Positions 18,466 through 29,621 of a DNA stretch of 64,000 bases are shown one piece after another. Source of the stretch: Dehalococcoidia bacterium (lineage in GTDB: Bacteria > Chloroflexota > Dehalococcoidia > Bin125); contig CAXXSR010000001.1 of NCBI GenBank assembly GCA_963662615.2, positions 832,001 through 896,000 of the forward strand. Direction: 5' to 3'. A program made the translations under genes and the position numbers. Numbering within the stretch: position 1 is the first letter of the stretch; each line of letters begins with the position of its first letter. The notes below the pieces were generated by a model. The model had not been told where the DNA came from and made no database searches. It was given only the letters and a program-made list of their open reading frames with translations.

Positions 18466-18990
18466 TCACGACCGCTCCTCCTGGACCGCTAGGACCAGCA
18501 GGAGGGCGCCCGGCTCCACAGCGTCGTCCGGTTCGACGTGCACGCTCTTGACGCTGCCGCTCAGCGGCGATCGGATTTCGTTGTTCATTTTCATGGCGAC
18601 GATCACGATCAGGGGGTCGCCCTGGACGACGCGATCGCCCTCCGCGACCAGCAGCTCGACGATGGCGCCGGCCATGGGCGCCGTGATCGCGAGCTCGCGC
18701 CCGGCGGTGGCCAGGCCCTCGGCGGCGCCCGGCACGCCGCCCCGCTGCACGGTCACCATGTGCGTGTCCGGGCCCACCACGACCTTGAGGCCGCCGCGCT
18801 CGCGTGCAATCACGACCTCAATGGCCCGTCCATCCACCAGCAGCCGGTAGAGGTTGCCGTCGCCCACCCGCTCGAGGCGGACGGCGTGCTCGCGTCCGCC
18901 GACGACCATCTTGAAGGCGCCGTGGGGAGCGGGCACGATCTCGATCTGTTGGTTCGTCGATCCGACGGCTAGAGAGAGCCTCGGCGCCAT
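18466..18990 (-). CDS. Biotin carboxyl carrier domain protein
   Basis: APMAG..V...V.EGD.V..GDPL, AMKM biotinylation motif; N-terminal BT-like domain. Confidence 0.92.
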   Translation of the reverse strand: MAPRLSLAVGSTNQQIEIVPAPHGAFKMVVGGREHAVRLERVGDGNLYRLLVDGRAIEVVIARERGGLKVVVGPDTHMVTVQRGGVPGAAEGLATAGRELAITAPMAGAIVELLVAEGDRVVQGDPLIVIVAMKMNNEIRSPLSGSVKSVHVEPDDAVEPGALLLVLAVQEERS

Positions 18991-20510
18991 CCCTGCTCCA
19001 GGGCGCGGCGGTGGCGCGCCTGTCTGCTCCAGCCCCCCTGCCCGGCGCCGTTGCGCGCACCAGGGTCAAGGGAGCGCTCGCCCTGCTCGCGGAGGAAGGC
19101 GGCGGCGGCGAGGGCGGCCGTCTGGGCGGTCTGGGGCCGCGCCTCCGGGTGCATGGTAAAGGACTCCTGCACGGAGTCCGTGTGGAACTGCCCGGCAATG
19201 AACTTGGGGTCGTCCAGGAGCGCCAGGTGAAAAGGGATGCTGGTGGAGATGCCGACGATGGTGAACTCGCGGAGGGCGCGGATCATGCGGCGGCGGCAGT
19301 GCTCGCGGTCGCGGCCCCAGACGGCGAGCTTCGCCAGGAGGGAGTCGTAGTGGACGCTGACCTCCATGCCGGGGTAGAGCATGCTATCGACGCGGACGCC
19401 GGGTCCGGCGGGCTCGCGGAAGTGCGAGACCGTGCCCACGCTGGGCAGGAAGTTGCTGTAGGGGTCCTCCGCCACAATGCGGCACTCCATGGCCCAGCCT
19501 TTGGGAGGCCGCTGCGCGGCCGTGTAGCCGAGCGGCTCGCCCGCCGCCAGGCGCAGCTGCTCCGCCACCAGGTCCATGTCACGGACCAGCTCCGTGACGG
19601 GATGCTCCACTTGCAGGCGGCTGTTCATCTCCAAGAAGGTGAAGTGATCCTGATCGGTGACGAGGAACTCCACGGTGCCGGCGTTGACGTAATGACTGGC
19701 GCGGGCCACGGCCTGGGCCGCCTCCTCCATCCGTTCCCGGAGCGCCGGCGTGAGGGCGGGTGACGGGCTTTCCTCCAGCAGTTTTTGACGACGCCGCTGG
19801 ATGGAGCACTCGCGCTCACCCAGCGTCACCACGTCGCCGTGCTGGTCGGCCAGCAGCTGAATCTCAATGTGGCGCGCGGGCCGCAGCCATTTCTCAATGA
19901 AGATGGCGCCGTCGCCGAAGGAGAGCGCGGCCTCGCGCCGGGCGCTGGCCATGGCCCGGGCCAGCTGCTCTTCGTGATGGGCGACGCGGATGCCCTTGCC
20001 GCCGCCGCCGCCGGCCGGTTTGACCAGCAGCGGATAGCCGATGCGGGCCGCGACGCGAGTCGCGTCACGGACGTCGGTGACCGGATCGATGGAGCCCGGG
20101 ATGATCGGCACCCCGGCGTCCTGGGCGGCGCGGCGCGCAGCGATCTTGTCGCCCGTGATGGCCAGGGCCTCGGGCGGCGGGCCCACGAAAGTCAAGCCGG
20201 CGTCGCGACAGGCGCGGGCGAAGGCGGCGTTTTCGGCCAGGAAGCCGTAGCCGGGGTGGACGGCCTGGGCGCCGGAGCGGCGGGCGACGTCCAGGATGCG
20301 CTCAATGTTGAGATAGCTGTCGGCCGCCGGGGCGGGCCCCAGGAGATGCGCCTCATCGGCGTAGCGGACGTGCGGGAGGGCGGCGTCGGCATCGGAATAG
20401 ACGGCGACGGTGCGGATGCCGAGGTCGCGGGCGCTGCGGATGATGCGGAGGGCAATCTCGCCGCGGTTGGCGACGAGGAGGGCGTTGAAGAGTGGGGTCA
20501 CCGTTGGCAT
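18969..20510 (-). CDS. accC: Biotin carboxylase subunit of an acyl-CoA carboxylase
   Basis: LVANRGEIA, HPGYGFLAEN, GGGGKG, ERECSIQRR, FLEMNSRLQVEHPVTE, YDSLLAK. Confidence 0.93.
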   Translation of the reverse strand: MPTVTPLFNALLVANRGEIALRIIRSARDLGIRTVAVYSDADAALPHVRYADEAHLLGPAPAADSYLNIERILDVARRSGAQAVHPGYGFLAENAAFARACRDAGLTFVGPPPEALAITGDKIAARRAAQDAGVPIIPGSIDPVTDVRDATRVAARIGYPLLVKPAGGGGGKGIRVAHHEEQLARAMASARREAALSFGDGAIFIEKWLRPARHIEIQLLADQHGDVVTLGERECSIQRRRQKLLEESPSPALTPALRERMEEAAQAVARASHYVNAGTVEFLVTDQDHFTFLEMNSRLQVEHPVTELVRDMDLVAEQLRLAAGEPLGYTAAQRPPKGWAMECRIVAEDPYSNFLPSVGTVSHFREPAGPGVRVDSMLYPGMEVSVHYDSLLAKLAVWGRDREHCRRRMIRALREFTIVGISTSIPFHLALLDDPKFIAGQFHTDSVQESFTMHPEARPQTAQTAALAAAAFLREQGERSLDPGARNGAGQGGWSRQARHRRALEQGWRRGSL

Positions 20511-20622
20511 GCCGGCGCTTCCCGCTGGGCCTCGCCTGCCGAGGGTCGGGCGCGATCATAGCAGCGGTCGCAGGGAGGGACGAGAAGGGCGCACCTCCCC
20601 CCGCGAGGGGGCGTTGGGGCCA

Positions 20623-22410
20623 TCAGCGGCGGCGCTCGCGGACTTCGGCCTGGAGGTCGGCGGTGAACTGCTGGGCGGGAACGATGCCCAGGTCCTGGCC
20701 GCCGCGTTTGCGCACGGCGACCGCGTTGGCGGCGATCTCTTTGTCGCCGACGATGAGGAGGTAGGGGATCTTTTCCAGCTGGCCGGTGCGGATCTTGGCG
20801 TTCATGCGCTCTTTGCCGTCGTCCACGTCGGCGCGGAGGCCGTCGCGGCGCAGCCGCGCGACGACGTCGCGGGCGTAGGGGAGGTGGCGGTCGGCGATGG
20901 GGATCAGTCGCGCTTGGATGGGGGCGAGCCAGGCGGGGAAGTTGCCCTCGTAGTGCTCAATGAGAATGCCGAGGAAGCGTTCGGTGGTGCCGGTGATGGC
21001 GCGGTGCAGGACCACGGGCGTGTGGCGGGCGCCGTCCTCGCCCACGTACTCGCAGCCCAGCCGCCCGGGCTGGATGAAATCGACCTGAATGGTGGAGAGC
21101 TGCCATTCGCGGTCCAGGACGTCGCGGGCGAAGAAGTCGGCCTTGGGCCCATAGAAGGCGGCCTCCCCCTCCTCTTCGTCATAGGCGAGTCCGGAGGCGT
21201 CCAGGGCGCGGCGCAGGGCCTCAACGGCGCGCTCCCACTGTTCCGCTTCCTCATTGAGTTTGTCGTCGCTGCCGGGCAGGGAGAGGGCGACGCGGTAGTC
21301 GCTGAGGCCGTAGGTGTCCAGGGCGGTGCGGACCAGGCTCAAGGCGAGGGCGAACTCGTCCTGGATCTGATCGGGCGTGCAGAAGATGTGGCAGTCGTCC
21401 TGGGTGAGCGCGCGCACGCGCGTGAGCCCGATCAGCTGCCCGGACTTCTCGTCGCGGTAGAGGGTGGCGAACTCGGCGTAGCGAAGGGGCAGGTCGCGGT
21501 AGCTGTGCGGCTGGGCGTTGTAGAGGGTCATGTGGGAGGGGCAGTTCATGGGCTTGAGGAAGGTTTCCGTATCGCCATCCACCATGGGCGGGAACATGAG
21601 GTCGCGGTAATTGGCCAGGTGTCCGGAGCGTTCGTAGAGGCGGCCCTTGGCGAGATGGCCGGTCCAGACGTGCTGGTGGCCGCTGGCCTCCTGGAGATCG
21701 CGCATGTAGCTCTCCATGGTGTGGCGGATGATCTCGCCCTTGGGCAGGAAGAGGGGGAGGCCGGCGCCGACGTCGTCGGAGAAGATGAAGAGGCCGAGCT
21801 CGCGGCCGAGCTTGCGATGGTCGCGGCGGGCCGCCTCTTCGAGCCGCTGGAAGTGCGCTTTCAGTTGAGCGGGCGTGGCGAAGAGCGCGCCGTAGATGCG
21901 CTGCAGCTGCGGGCGCTTCTCATCGCCGCGCCAGTAGGCGCCGGCGACGTTGGTGAGCTGGAAGGGGCCGATCTCGCCGGTGTTGCCCACGTGGCCGCCG
22001 CGGCAGAGGTCGGTGAAGCCGGCGTGCGTGCAGAGGCCCACGGGGCCGCCGTCGGGGCTGAACTCGTCGATCAGCTCCAGCTTAAAGGGCTGATCCCCAA
22101 AGCGTTCGCGCGCCAGGCGCGCGGGGACCTCTTCCCAGACGAAGGGGTGGGCGCGCCGCACCTCCTCCTGCATGCGCCTCGCGATGGTTTCGAGGTCGTC
22201 CGGGGTGAGGGTGCGGGAGAGGAGGAAGTCGTAGTAGAAGCCGGTGTCAATGGGCGGGCCGATGGCGATCTTGCCGTCGGGGAAGATCTCCAGGACGACT
22301 TGGGCCAGGACGTGGGCGGCGGAGTGGCGCATGCGCCGCAGCCATTCGGCCGTGTCAACGTCGTCGGGCCGCGCGACCGCCGGGCCTTGGCGCTGTTCTT
22401 CGTCGCTCAT
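20623..22410 (-). CDS. thrS: Threonine--tRNA ligase (no TGS domain)
   Basis: RHSAAHVLA, DLCRGGH, GAYWRG, RDHRKLG, KPMNCP, TRVR, AFYGPK, HRA..G..ERF. Confidence 0.98.
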   Translation of the reverse strand: MSDEEQRQGPAVARPDDVDTAEWLRRMRHSAAHVLAQVVLEIFPDGKIAIGPPIDTGFYYDFLLSRTLTPDDLETIARRMQEEVRRAHPFVWEEVPARLARERFGDQPFKLELIDEFSPDGGPVGLCTHAGFTDLCRGGHVGNTGEIGPFQLTNVAGAYWRGDEKRPQLQRIYGALFATPAQLKAHFQRLEEAARRDHRKLGRELGLFIFSDDVGAGLPLFLPKGEIIRHTMESYMRDLQEASGHQHVWTGHLAKGRLYERSGHLANYRDLMFPPMVDGDTETFLKPMNCPSHMTLYNAQPHSYRDLPLRYAEFATLYRDEKSGQLIGLTRVRALTQDDCHIFCTPDQIQDEFALALSLVRTALDTYGLSDYRVALSLPGSDDKLNEEAEQWERAVEALRRALDASGLAYDEEEGEAAFYGPKADFFARDVLDREWQLSTIQVDFIQPGRLGCEYVGEDGARHTPVVLHRAITGTTERFLGILIEHYEGNFPAWLAPIQARLIPIADRHLPYARDVVARLRRDGLRADVDDGKERMNAKIRTGQLEKIPYLLIVGDKEIAANAVAVRKRGGQDLGIVPAQQFTADLQAEVRERRR

Positions 22411-22567
22411 GCTCAGGGTTCCATTGTCGGCATGGGCGGGCACTGGGTCGATAGGCCGGTCAATAGGCCCATGCGCGCGCGCCGGCCGCGCCGGCGGGGC
22501 GGGAGCGCGACGAGGCCCCTGCGTGAGGGCAGGTCCGGCGCCGACGAGGTGGCCGGGTGGGCAGGGA

Positions 22568-22644
22568 TGGTGGGCGATACTGGACTTGAACCAGTGACCT
22601 CTGCGATGTCAACGCAGCGCTCTAGCCGACTGAGCTAACCGCCC
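22568..22644 (-). tRNA. tRNA-Val(GAC)
   Basis: Cloverleaf GGGCGGT...ATCGCCC-ACCA; anticodon arm CTGCG TT-GAC-AT CGCAG; GGTTCAAGTCC T-arm. Confidence 0.97.
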
Positions 22645-22658
22645 CGGTCGCCGGCTCA

Positions 22659-22688
22659 ATGCTAGTTGGCCCGTTTCCGGGGGGTCAA
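22659..22688 (-). promoter_or_regulatory. Sigma70-type promoter of tRNA-Val/thrS
   Basis: TTGACC, 18-nt spacer, TAGCAT on the minus strand, 14 nt before the tRNA. Confidence 0.6.
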
Positions 22689-22857
22689 TTTTCGCCAGCG
22701 CAGGTTTCGCGAGAGTGGGCGGGAGGCGCGGCTGGCGGGTCGCCGGAGCCGTCGCTGCGATGACGCGCTGCGATGGCGCGCTACGATGGCGATTGTGGGG
22801 TCGCCCCACAGCGGTGCGGTAGGCTGGATGCGCGCGTGCCGGGGCGAGTTCGGGAGT

Positions 22858-22933
<76 letters not shown>

Positions 22934-22998
22934 CGCCCGCCCCTGCGGCGGGGCCGGCGCCGGCAAGCGCAGGGGCGCCCGATCGGGGGTCGGCTCTG

Positions 22999-23083
22999 GG
23001 GGAAGTGTCGGAATTGGCAGACGAGCATGATTTAGGATCATGTGCCGCAAGGCGTAGGAGTTCGAGTCTCCTCTTCCCCACCA
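22999..23083 (+). tRNA. tRNA-Leu(TAG)
   Basis: GGGGAAG...CTTCCCC-ACCA; anticodon arm CATGA TT-TAG-GA TCATG; long variable arm GCC-GCAA-GGC. Confidence 0.97.
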
Positions 23084-23125
23084 GCGCCGCCGACCCCTAG
23101 CCCCGCGTCTGCGAGGAGAAGGCTC

Positions 23126-24150
<1,025 letters not shown>

Positions 24151-24154
<4 letters not shown>

Positions 24155-25401
24155 CCGGCGACCGCGGGCAGTCCGAGAACGATCGACGCCGAGAGGAGCC
24201 GGCGCGGGCGCGCGCTGGGGCGGTGGCGCGGGTGGAGACGGGGGTGGGCGCGCTCACGCCGGAGGAGATGCGCGCGAAGGCGACGTCCGCGATCCGGGCG
24301 GCGAGCGGCGCGCTCAGCCATCGTGGCCCCCGCGTCGGCCGCAGCACGCCGCGCGCCAACACGCTGCTGGAGGTGGAGGGGCTGAAGATGTACTTCCCCG
24401 TCAGCGGCGGCGTCTTCTTGCGGCGCAAGGTCGCGGACATCAAGGCCGTGGACGGCGTCAGCTTCCACATTCGCGAGGGCGAGACGCTGGGCCTGGTTGG
24501 CGAATCCGGCTGCGGCAAGACGGCGACGGGCCGCGCCATCCTCCAGCTTTACCGGCCCACGGCCGGCCGCGTCTGGATGTACGAGCGAGAGGGCGCGGGG
24601 CTCTCGGCGCCGGCGGGCGCGGGAGGGGAGGTTGGCGCGCGGCGCGTGGAGCTGACCTCGCTGCGGGGCAAACGGCTGCGGCGGTACCGGCGCCGCATGC
24701 AGATGATCTTCCAAGACCCCTACGCCTCGCTGAATCCGCGCATGAGCGTGGGCGGCATCCTGGCGGAGCCGCTGGCGATCCACGGCCTGCACAAGGGCCG
24801 GCGCAAGGAGCGCGTCAGCGAGCTGCTGACGACCGTGGGGCTGAACCCGTATTTCGCCACGCGCTACCCGCACGAGCTGTCGGGCGGACAGCGCCAGCGT
24901 GTCGGCATCGCCCGGGCGCTGGCGGTGGAGCCGGCCTTCATCGTGGCGGATGAGCCGGTCTCGGCGCTGGACGTCTCCATTCAGGCGCAGATCATCAATC
25001 TGCTGGAGGAGCTGCAGAAGAGCTTCGGGCTGACGTACCTGTTCATTGCCCACGACCTCTCCGTGGTGCGGCACCTCAGCCATCGGGTGGCGGTGATGTA
25101 CCTGGGCAAGATCGTGGAGCTGAGCGACAGCGACTCGCTCTACGAGGACCCTCTGCATCCCTACACACAGGCGCTGCTCTCGGCCGTGCCGATCCCGGAC
25201 CCGGTCGTGGAGCGCCGGCGCGAGCGGATCATCCTCAGCGGCGACGTGCCCAGCCCGCTGGCGCCGCCGCCCGGCTGCAACTTCCATACGCGCTGCCCCA
25301 TCGCCATTGACATCTGCAAGGTCGAGGACCCGGAGTGGGTGGAGCACCGGCCCGGCCACTTCGCCAAGTGCCATCGCATCGCAGAGTCCAATCACATCTG
25401 A
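24151..25401 (+). CDS. oppF: Oligo/dipeptide ABC transporter ATP-binding protein
   Basis: [49 protein letters not shown]; about 70-aa N-terminal extension. Confidence 0.93.
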
Positions 25402-25490
25402 GACCCAGCGCTTCTCAGGCAGGGTCGGGTGCGTCAGGCCGGGAGCGGTGGCTCGGGAGCGGGGCGGCTGCGTGATACGATCGACACCCC

Positions 25491-27317
25491 ATGGATCGCG
25501 ATCGCATTCGCAACTTCTGCATCATCGCCCACATCGATCACGGCAAGTCGACGCTGGCGGACCGGCTGTTGGAGGTCACCGGCACGGTGGAGTCGCGGAA
25601 GATGTCGGCGCAACTGCTGGATTCCATGGAGCTGGAGCGGGAGAAGGGGATCACGATCAAGGCAAGGGCGGTGCGGATGACGCACACGGTCGCCGGGGCC
25701 AGCTACCAGCTCAACCTGATCGACACGCCGGGGCACGTGGACTTCGGCTACGAGGTTTCGCGCAGCCTGGCGGCGGCGGAGGGCGCGCTCCTGGTGGTCG
25801 ACGCGGCGGCGGGCATCCAGGCGCAGACGCTGGCCAACGTCTACCTGGCGCTGGGCGAGGATCTCACGGTGATCCCGGTGATCAACAAGATCGACCTGGA
25901 GGTGGCGCGGCCGGAGCAGGTGGGGCGCGAACTCGTGGACGCGATTGGCTTCACGGAGGAGGAGCTGCTGTTCGTCTCCGCCAAGACGGGTGAGGGGATC
26001 GAGCGGCTGCTGGAGGCGATCGTAGAGCGGGTGCCGGCGCCGGCCGGCGCAGTGGAGGCGCCGCCGCGGGCGCTGATCTTCGACTCCGAGTACGACGCCT
26101 ACAAGGGGGCGATCGCCTACCTGCGGGTCGTGGACGGGTCGCTGCAGGGCGAGGCGCCGCTGCGGCTGCTGGCGACGGGGCGGCGCTTCGAGCCGATGGA
26201 GTTCGGCACCTTCAGGCCGGAGCTGACGCCGCTGCCGGGCCTCTCGACGGGCGAGGTGGGCTACGTGGCGACGGGGCTGAAGGACGTGAGCGACGTTCGC
26301 GTGGGCGACACGATCACGACGTGGGCGGAGCGGGCGGCGTCGCCGCTGCCCGGCTATCGCGGTCCCAAAGCGATGGTCTTCGCCGGCCTCTACCCGGCGC
26401 AGTCGACCGACTACCCGCTGCTGCGCGAGGCGCTGGCGAAGCTGCACCTGAGTGATTCCTCATTCCAGTACGAAGCGGAGAGTTCGGCGGCGCTGGGCTT
26501 CGGCTTTCGCATGGGCTTTTTGGGCCTGCTGCACATGGAGATCGTGCAGGAGCGGCTGGAGCGGGAGTACGGCCTGGCGCTGATCTTCACGGCGCCGTCG
26601 GTGGAGTACGAGGTAGAGACGCGGGACGGGGCGGTGCGGCGTCTGGACAACCCGGCGGAGCTGCCGGACCCCACCCGGATCGCGGAGGTGCGGGAGCCGT
26701 GGGTGCGGATGAGCGTGATCGCGCCCAGCCGTTTCGTGGGAGCGGTGATGGAGGTGGTGACGGCGCGACGGGGGAAGTTCGGGAAGATGGACTACCTGGA
26801 GCGGGGGCACGTCCAGGCCGAGGGCGCGGCGACGCGGGTGCTGCTGGAGTACGAGGCGCCGCTGGCCGAGATCCTGACCGACTTCTACGACGAGCTGAAG
26901 TCCCGCACGCAGGGTTACGCCAGCCTGGACTACACCCTGATCGCCTACCGCGCGGCCAAGCTGGTGAAGCTGGAGATCCTGGTCAACGGCGACTCCATCG
27001 ACGCGCTCTCCTCGATCATCCCCGCCGACGATGCGCAGGTGCAGGGGCGCGCGCTGGTGCAGCGGCTGCGGTCGCTGATCCCGCGCCAGCACTTCGACGT
27101 GCCGGTGCAGGCGGCGGTGGGGGGGCGCATCGTGGCGCGGGAGACGGTAAAGGCGCTGCGCAAGAACGTGCTGGCCAAGTGCTACGGCGGCGACGTGACG
27201 CGCAAGCGCAAGCTGCTGGCGCGGCAGGCGGCGGGGAAGAAGCGGATGAAGCGGGTGGGCAACGTGGAGATCCCGCAGGAGGCGTTCATGGCGGTGCTGA
27301 GGATCGGGAAAGAGTGA
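25491..27317 (+). CDS. lepA: Elongation factor 4 (LepA)
   Basis: [58 protein letters not shown]. Confidence 0.99.
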   Translation: MDRDRIRNFCIIAHIDHGKSTLADRLLEVTGTVESRKMSAQLLDSMELEREKGITIKARAVRMTHTVAGASYQLNLIDTPGHVDFGYEVSRSLAAAEGALLVVDAAAGIQAQTLANVYLALGEDLTVIPVINKIDLEVARPEQVGRELVDAIGFTEEELLFVSAKTGEGIERLLEAIVERVPAPAGAVEAPPRALIFDSEYDAYKGAIAYLRVVDGSLQGEAPLRLLATGRRFEPMEFGTFRPELTPLPGLSTGEVGYVATGLKDVSDVRVGDTITTWAERAASPLPGYRGPKAMVFAGLYPAQSTDYPLLREALAKLHLSDSSFQYEAESSAALGFGFRMGFLGLLHMEIVQERLEREYGLALIFTAPSVEYEVETRDGAVRRLDNPAELPDPTRIAEVREPWVRMSVIAPSRFVGAVMEVVTARRGKFGKMDYLERGHVQAEGAATRVLLEYEAPLAEILTDFYDELKSRTQGYASLDYTLIAYRAAKLVKLEILVNGDSIDALSSIIPADDAQVQGRALVQRLRSLIPRQHFDVPVQAAVGGRIVARETVKALRKNVLAKCYGGDVTRKRKLLARQAAGKKRMKRVGNVEIPQEAFMAVLRIGKE

Positions 27318-27336
27318 CCGGTCAGAGAGGTGCAAG

Positions 27337-28074
27337 GTGACCGAGGGGTTTAGTTGGCAATGCCCATTCTGTGGTCGTCCGGTAACCCTGTTAGATCAGA
27401 ATCTGAGTACATCAAGTCACCACCTCTCGATCAAAAATCAACACGGGGACCAGCGGCTCGACACACTGTTTATGGTCTGCCCTAACGAGGAGTGTCGCGA
27501 GTTCGTGCTCAAAGCTTCGCTTGAAGGCGGCGCCTGGCGCACGCATCCGGGGGGAGGCCGCGAGTGGGACGGCTCGACAGTAGATAAGCAGCGCTGGGAT
27601 TTAGTTCCTCAATCGAACGCGCAGGTCTGGCCCGACTACGTACCTCGGCAGATTCGCGAGGACTATCAGGAAGCGTGCGCGATACGTGCGTTGAGCCCTA
27701 AAGCGTCCGCGGCACTGTCGAGACGGTGCTTGCAAGGGATGATCCGCGACTTCTTTGGAATCCGGAAAGACACGCTCAAGCAGGAGATAGACACGCTGAG
27801 AGAGAAGGTAGGCCCCGGCGTTTGGGACGCAATTGATGGCGTTCGTCGCGTCGGGAACGTCGGCGCGCACATGGAAAAGCACGTGAACCTCATCATCCCC
27901 CTCGACTCCGATGAGGCGAACGTCATGATCGGGCTGCTGGAGGAGCTAGCGCAGCTCTGGTACGTGGACCGCCACAATCGCGAATTGCGGATCACGGCGA
28001 TGACAAAGCTTGCGGAGGAAAAGGACGAAGCTCGTCAGGGCCAGAATGATGCGAACGCAGAAGGTTCCCCTTAG
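27337..28074 (+). CDS. DUF4145 domain protein with N-terminal zinc-ribbon-like motif
   Basis: CPFC...CPNEEC; DY.EA....LSPKASAALSRRCLQ.MIRDF, R..GN.GAH; lower GC. Confidence 0.85.
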   Translation: MTEGFSWQCPFCGRPVTLLDQNLSTSSHHLSIKNQHGDQRLDTLFMVCPNEECREFVLKASLEGGAWRTHPGGGREWDGSTVDKQRWDLVPQSNAQVWPDYVPRQIREDYQEACAIRALSPKASAALSRRCLQGMIRDFFGIRKDTLKQEIDTLREKVGPGVWDAIDGVRRVGNVGAHMEKHVNLIIPLDSDEANVMIGLLEELAQLWYVDRHNRELRITAMTKLAEEKDEARQGQNDANAEGSP

Positions 28075-28180
28075 CCTCGCTCTCGACCAAGGAATTGGTG
28101 GCTTGCGCCACTAAGGACGCCCGAGCGAGCACGATTTTACTTGTTGCTTCGTTTAGGGTACGTCGCGCCGGGAACGTCGA

Positions 28181-28210
28181 TTGACTGGGGAGGAGGGCGA
28201 CGCCTACAGT
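28181..28210 (+). promoter_or_regulatory. Sigma70-type promoter of SRP RNA
   Basis: TTGACT (28181-28186), 18 nt, TACAGT (28205-28210), RNA begins about 6 nt later. Confidence 0.75.
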
Positions 28211-28215
28211 GACGC

Positions 28216-28484
28216 CGGTCGTGCTAGGCGGGGAGCTAGCGGTGCCCTGTACCCGCAATCCGCTTCAGCGGGGTTGAATTCCCGTCCGAGGGCGTTCGCC
28301 ATGGAACCTACCGGCGAGAAGTGGCGCTGAAGCCTGGGTCCCGTGCGGCGAGGCGCTACCAACCCCGTCAGGTCCGAGAGGATGCAGCGGTACGTAGAGA
28401 GCTTCGGGCGCCACGGGGTGGCCTGGGTGGAGCCGGCTGGCGTCGGCAAGCCCGTGGTGGCGTTCGACGGCGGGTGCACGGCCG
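28216..28484 (+). ncRNA. ffs: Signal recognition particle RNA, large (Alu-domain) type
   Basis: 5' Alu segment GTGCTAGGCGGGGAG..AGCGGTGCCCTGTACCCGCAATCCGC like Bacillus scRNA; helix 8 CAGGTCC-GAGA-GGATGCAGC; 3' GGGTGCACGGCCG pairs with 5' CGGTCGTGC. Confidence 0.95.
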
Positions 28485-28671
28485 CTCCCCACATCTCCCC
28501 GGCGGTGCTTTCTGCGCTTCGGACAGGGGGCGTTGTCGAAGTGGAGCCGGGAGTGCGCCGGTTCGGCGAGTTCGGACCTCCCCAAAGCAGCAAGACGGCC
28601 CGATGCGCCGAGCCGCAGCCCTTGGGCGCTCCGCCGCCGCCGGTGGCGGGCCGAACCTGATCTGACTTGGC

Positions 28672-29541
28672 GTGAGCAAGGCGCGACGGCCGCTACGGCC
28701 GCGCTTGGGCCAGCACTTCCTCCACGACCTTGAGGTGCGCGATCGGATCATGGCCGCCGTGCCCGCGGACGGCCGTCCCCTCATTGAGGTGGGGCCGGGC
28801 GACGGCGTGCTGACCGAGCCGTTGGTGGCGCTGGGACGGCCGCTGGCGGCGGTGGAGCTTGACCGAGGGCTGGCGGCGTTGGTGCGGCATCGCTTGGAGG
28901 GGCTGCCCGCGGCCCGCGTGGCGGCGCCCTGGGCGGTGATCGAGGCGGACGTCCTGGACGTGGACGCCCGCGAGGCGCTGGCGGCGGTGGGTGCGGCGCC
29001 CCCGTACGGCGTGGTGGGCAACCTGCCCTACGCGATCACGTCGCCGCTGCTGCGCAAGTTTCTCAGCACGGAGCCGTCGCCGCCGGCGTGGTTGCTGGTG
29101 ATGATGCAGCGCGAGGTGGCGCAGCAGGTGGTGGCGCCGGCGGGCAAGCGCTCGCTGCTGAGCGTGTCGGTGCAGTACTACGCGGAGGCGGAGATGCTCT
29201 TCACGGTCGAGCGGGAGGCGTTCCGGCCGGCGCCGGCGGTGCGCTCGGCGGTGGTGCGGATCGAGCGGCTGCCCGCGGCCCGCGTGGCGGCGCCCAGCGA
29301 GGCGCGCTTTTTCGAGGTGGTGCGGGCGGGCTTCCGCGCGCCCCGCAAGCAGCTGCACAACGCGCTGGCGCAGGGGCTCGGGCTTGCGGCCGATGAGGCG
29401 AAGCGCTGGCTCAGCGAGTGCGACATCGATTCCGGGCGCCGCCCGGCGACGCTGACGCTGGAGGAGTGGGCGCGACTGGCCTGGTGGTGGGAGCGCTCGG
29501 GCTCGGCCGCGGTCGCGGCGCCGAAGGGGGCATTGCCATGA
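28672..29541 (+). CDS. rsmA: 16S rRNA m6,2A dimethyltransferase
   Basis: LGQHFL, EVGPG.G.LT, VELD, GNLPY.ITSP, MQREVA, F.P.P.V.S, RKQL.N. Confidence 0.96.
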   Translation: MSKARRPLRPRLGQHFLHDLEVRDRIMAAVPADGRPLIEVGPGDGVLTEPLVALGRPLAAVELDRGLAALVRHRLEGLPAARVAAPWAVIEADVLDVDAREALAAVGAAPPYGVVGNLPYAITSPLLRKFLSTEPSPPAWLLVMMQREVAQQVVAPAGKRSLLSVSVQYYAEAEMLFTVEREAFRPAPAVRSAVVRIERLPAARVAAPSEARFFEVVRAGFRAPRKQLHNALAQGLGLAADEAKRWLSECDIDSGRRPATLTLEEWARLAWWWERSGSAAVAAPKGALP

Positions 29542-29621
29542 AGCGCCATGACGTGAAGCGCCCTGCCATGAAGCACCGTGCCATGAAGCGCAATGCCGTG
29601 AACCGTAATGTCATGAACGGC
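29538..29621 (+). repeat. Degenerate 15-bp tandem repeat of the ispE start region (6 units, each beginning ATG/GTG)
   Basis: MKRHD VKRPA MKHRA MKRNA VNRNV MNG. Confidence 0.85.

Noticed and set aside
22411-22567. T-box riboswitch upstream of thrS
   Set aside because: No recognisable T-box motif (UGGNACC antiterminator with terminator) and the leader is short
28343-28660. 105-aa ORF downstream of DUF4145
   Set aside because: Overlaps the SRP RNA gene, which explains the sequence
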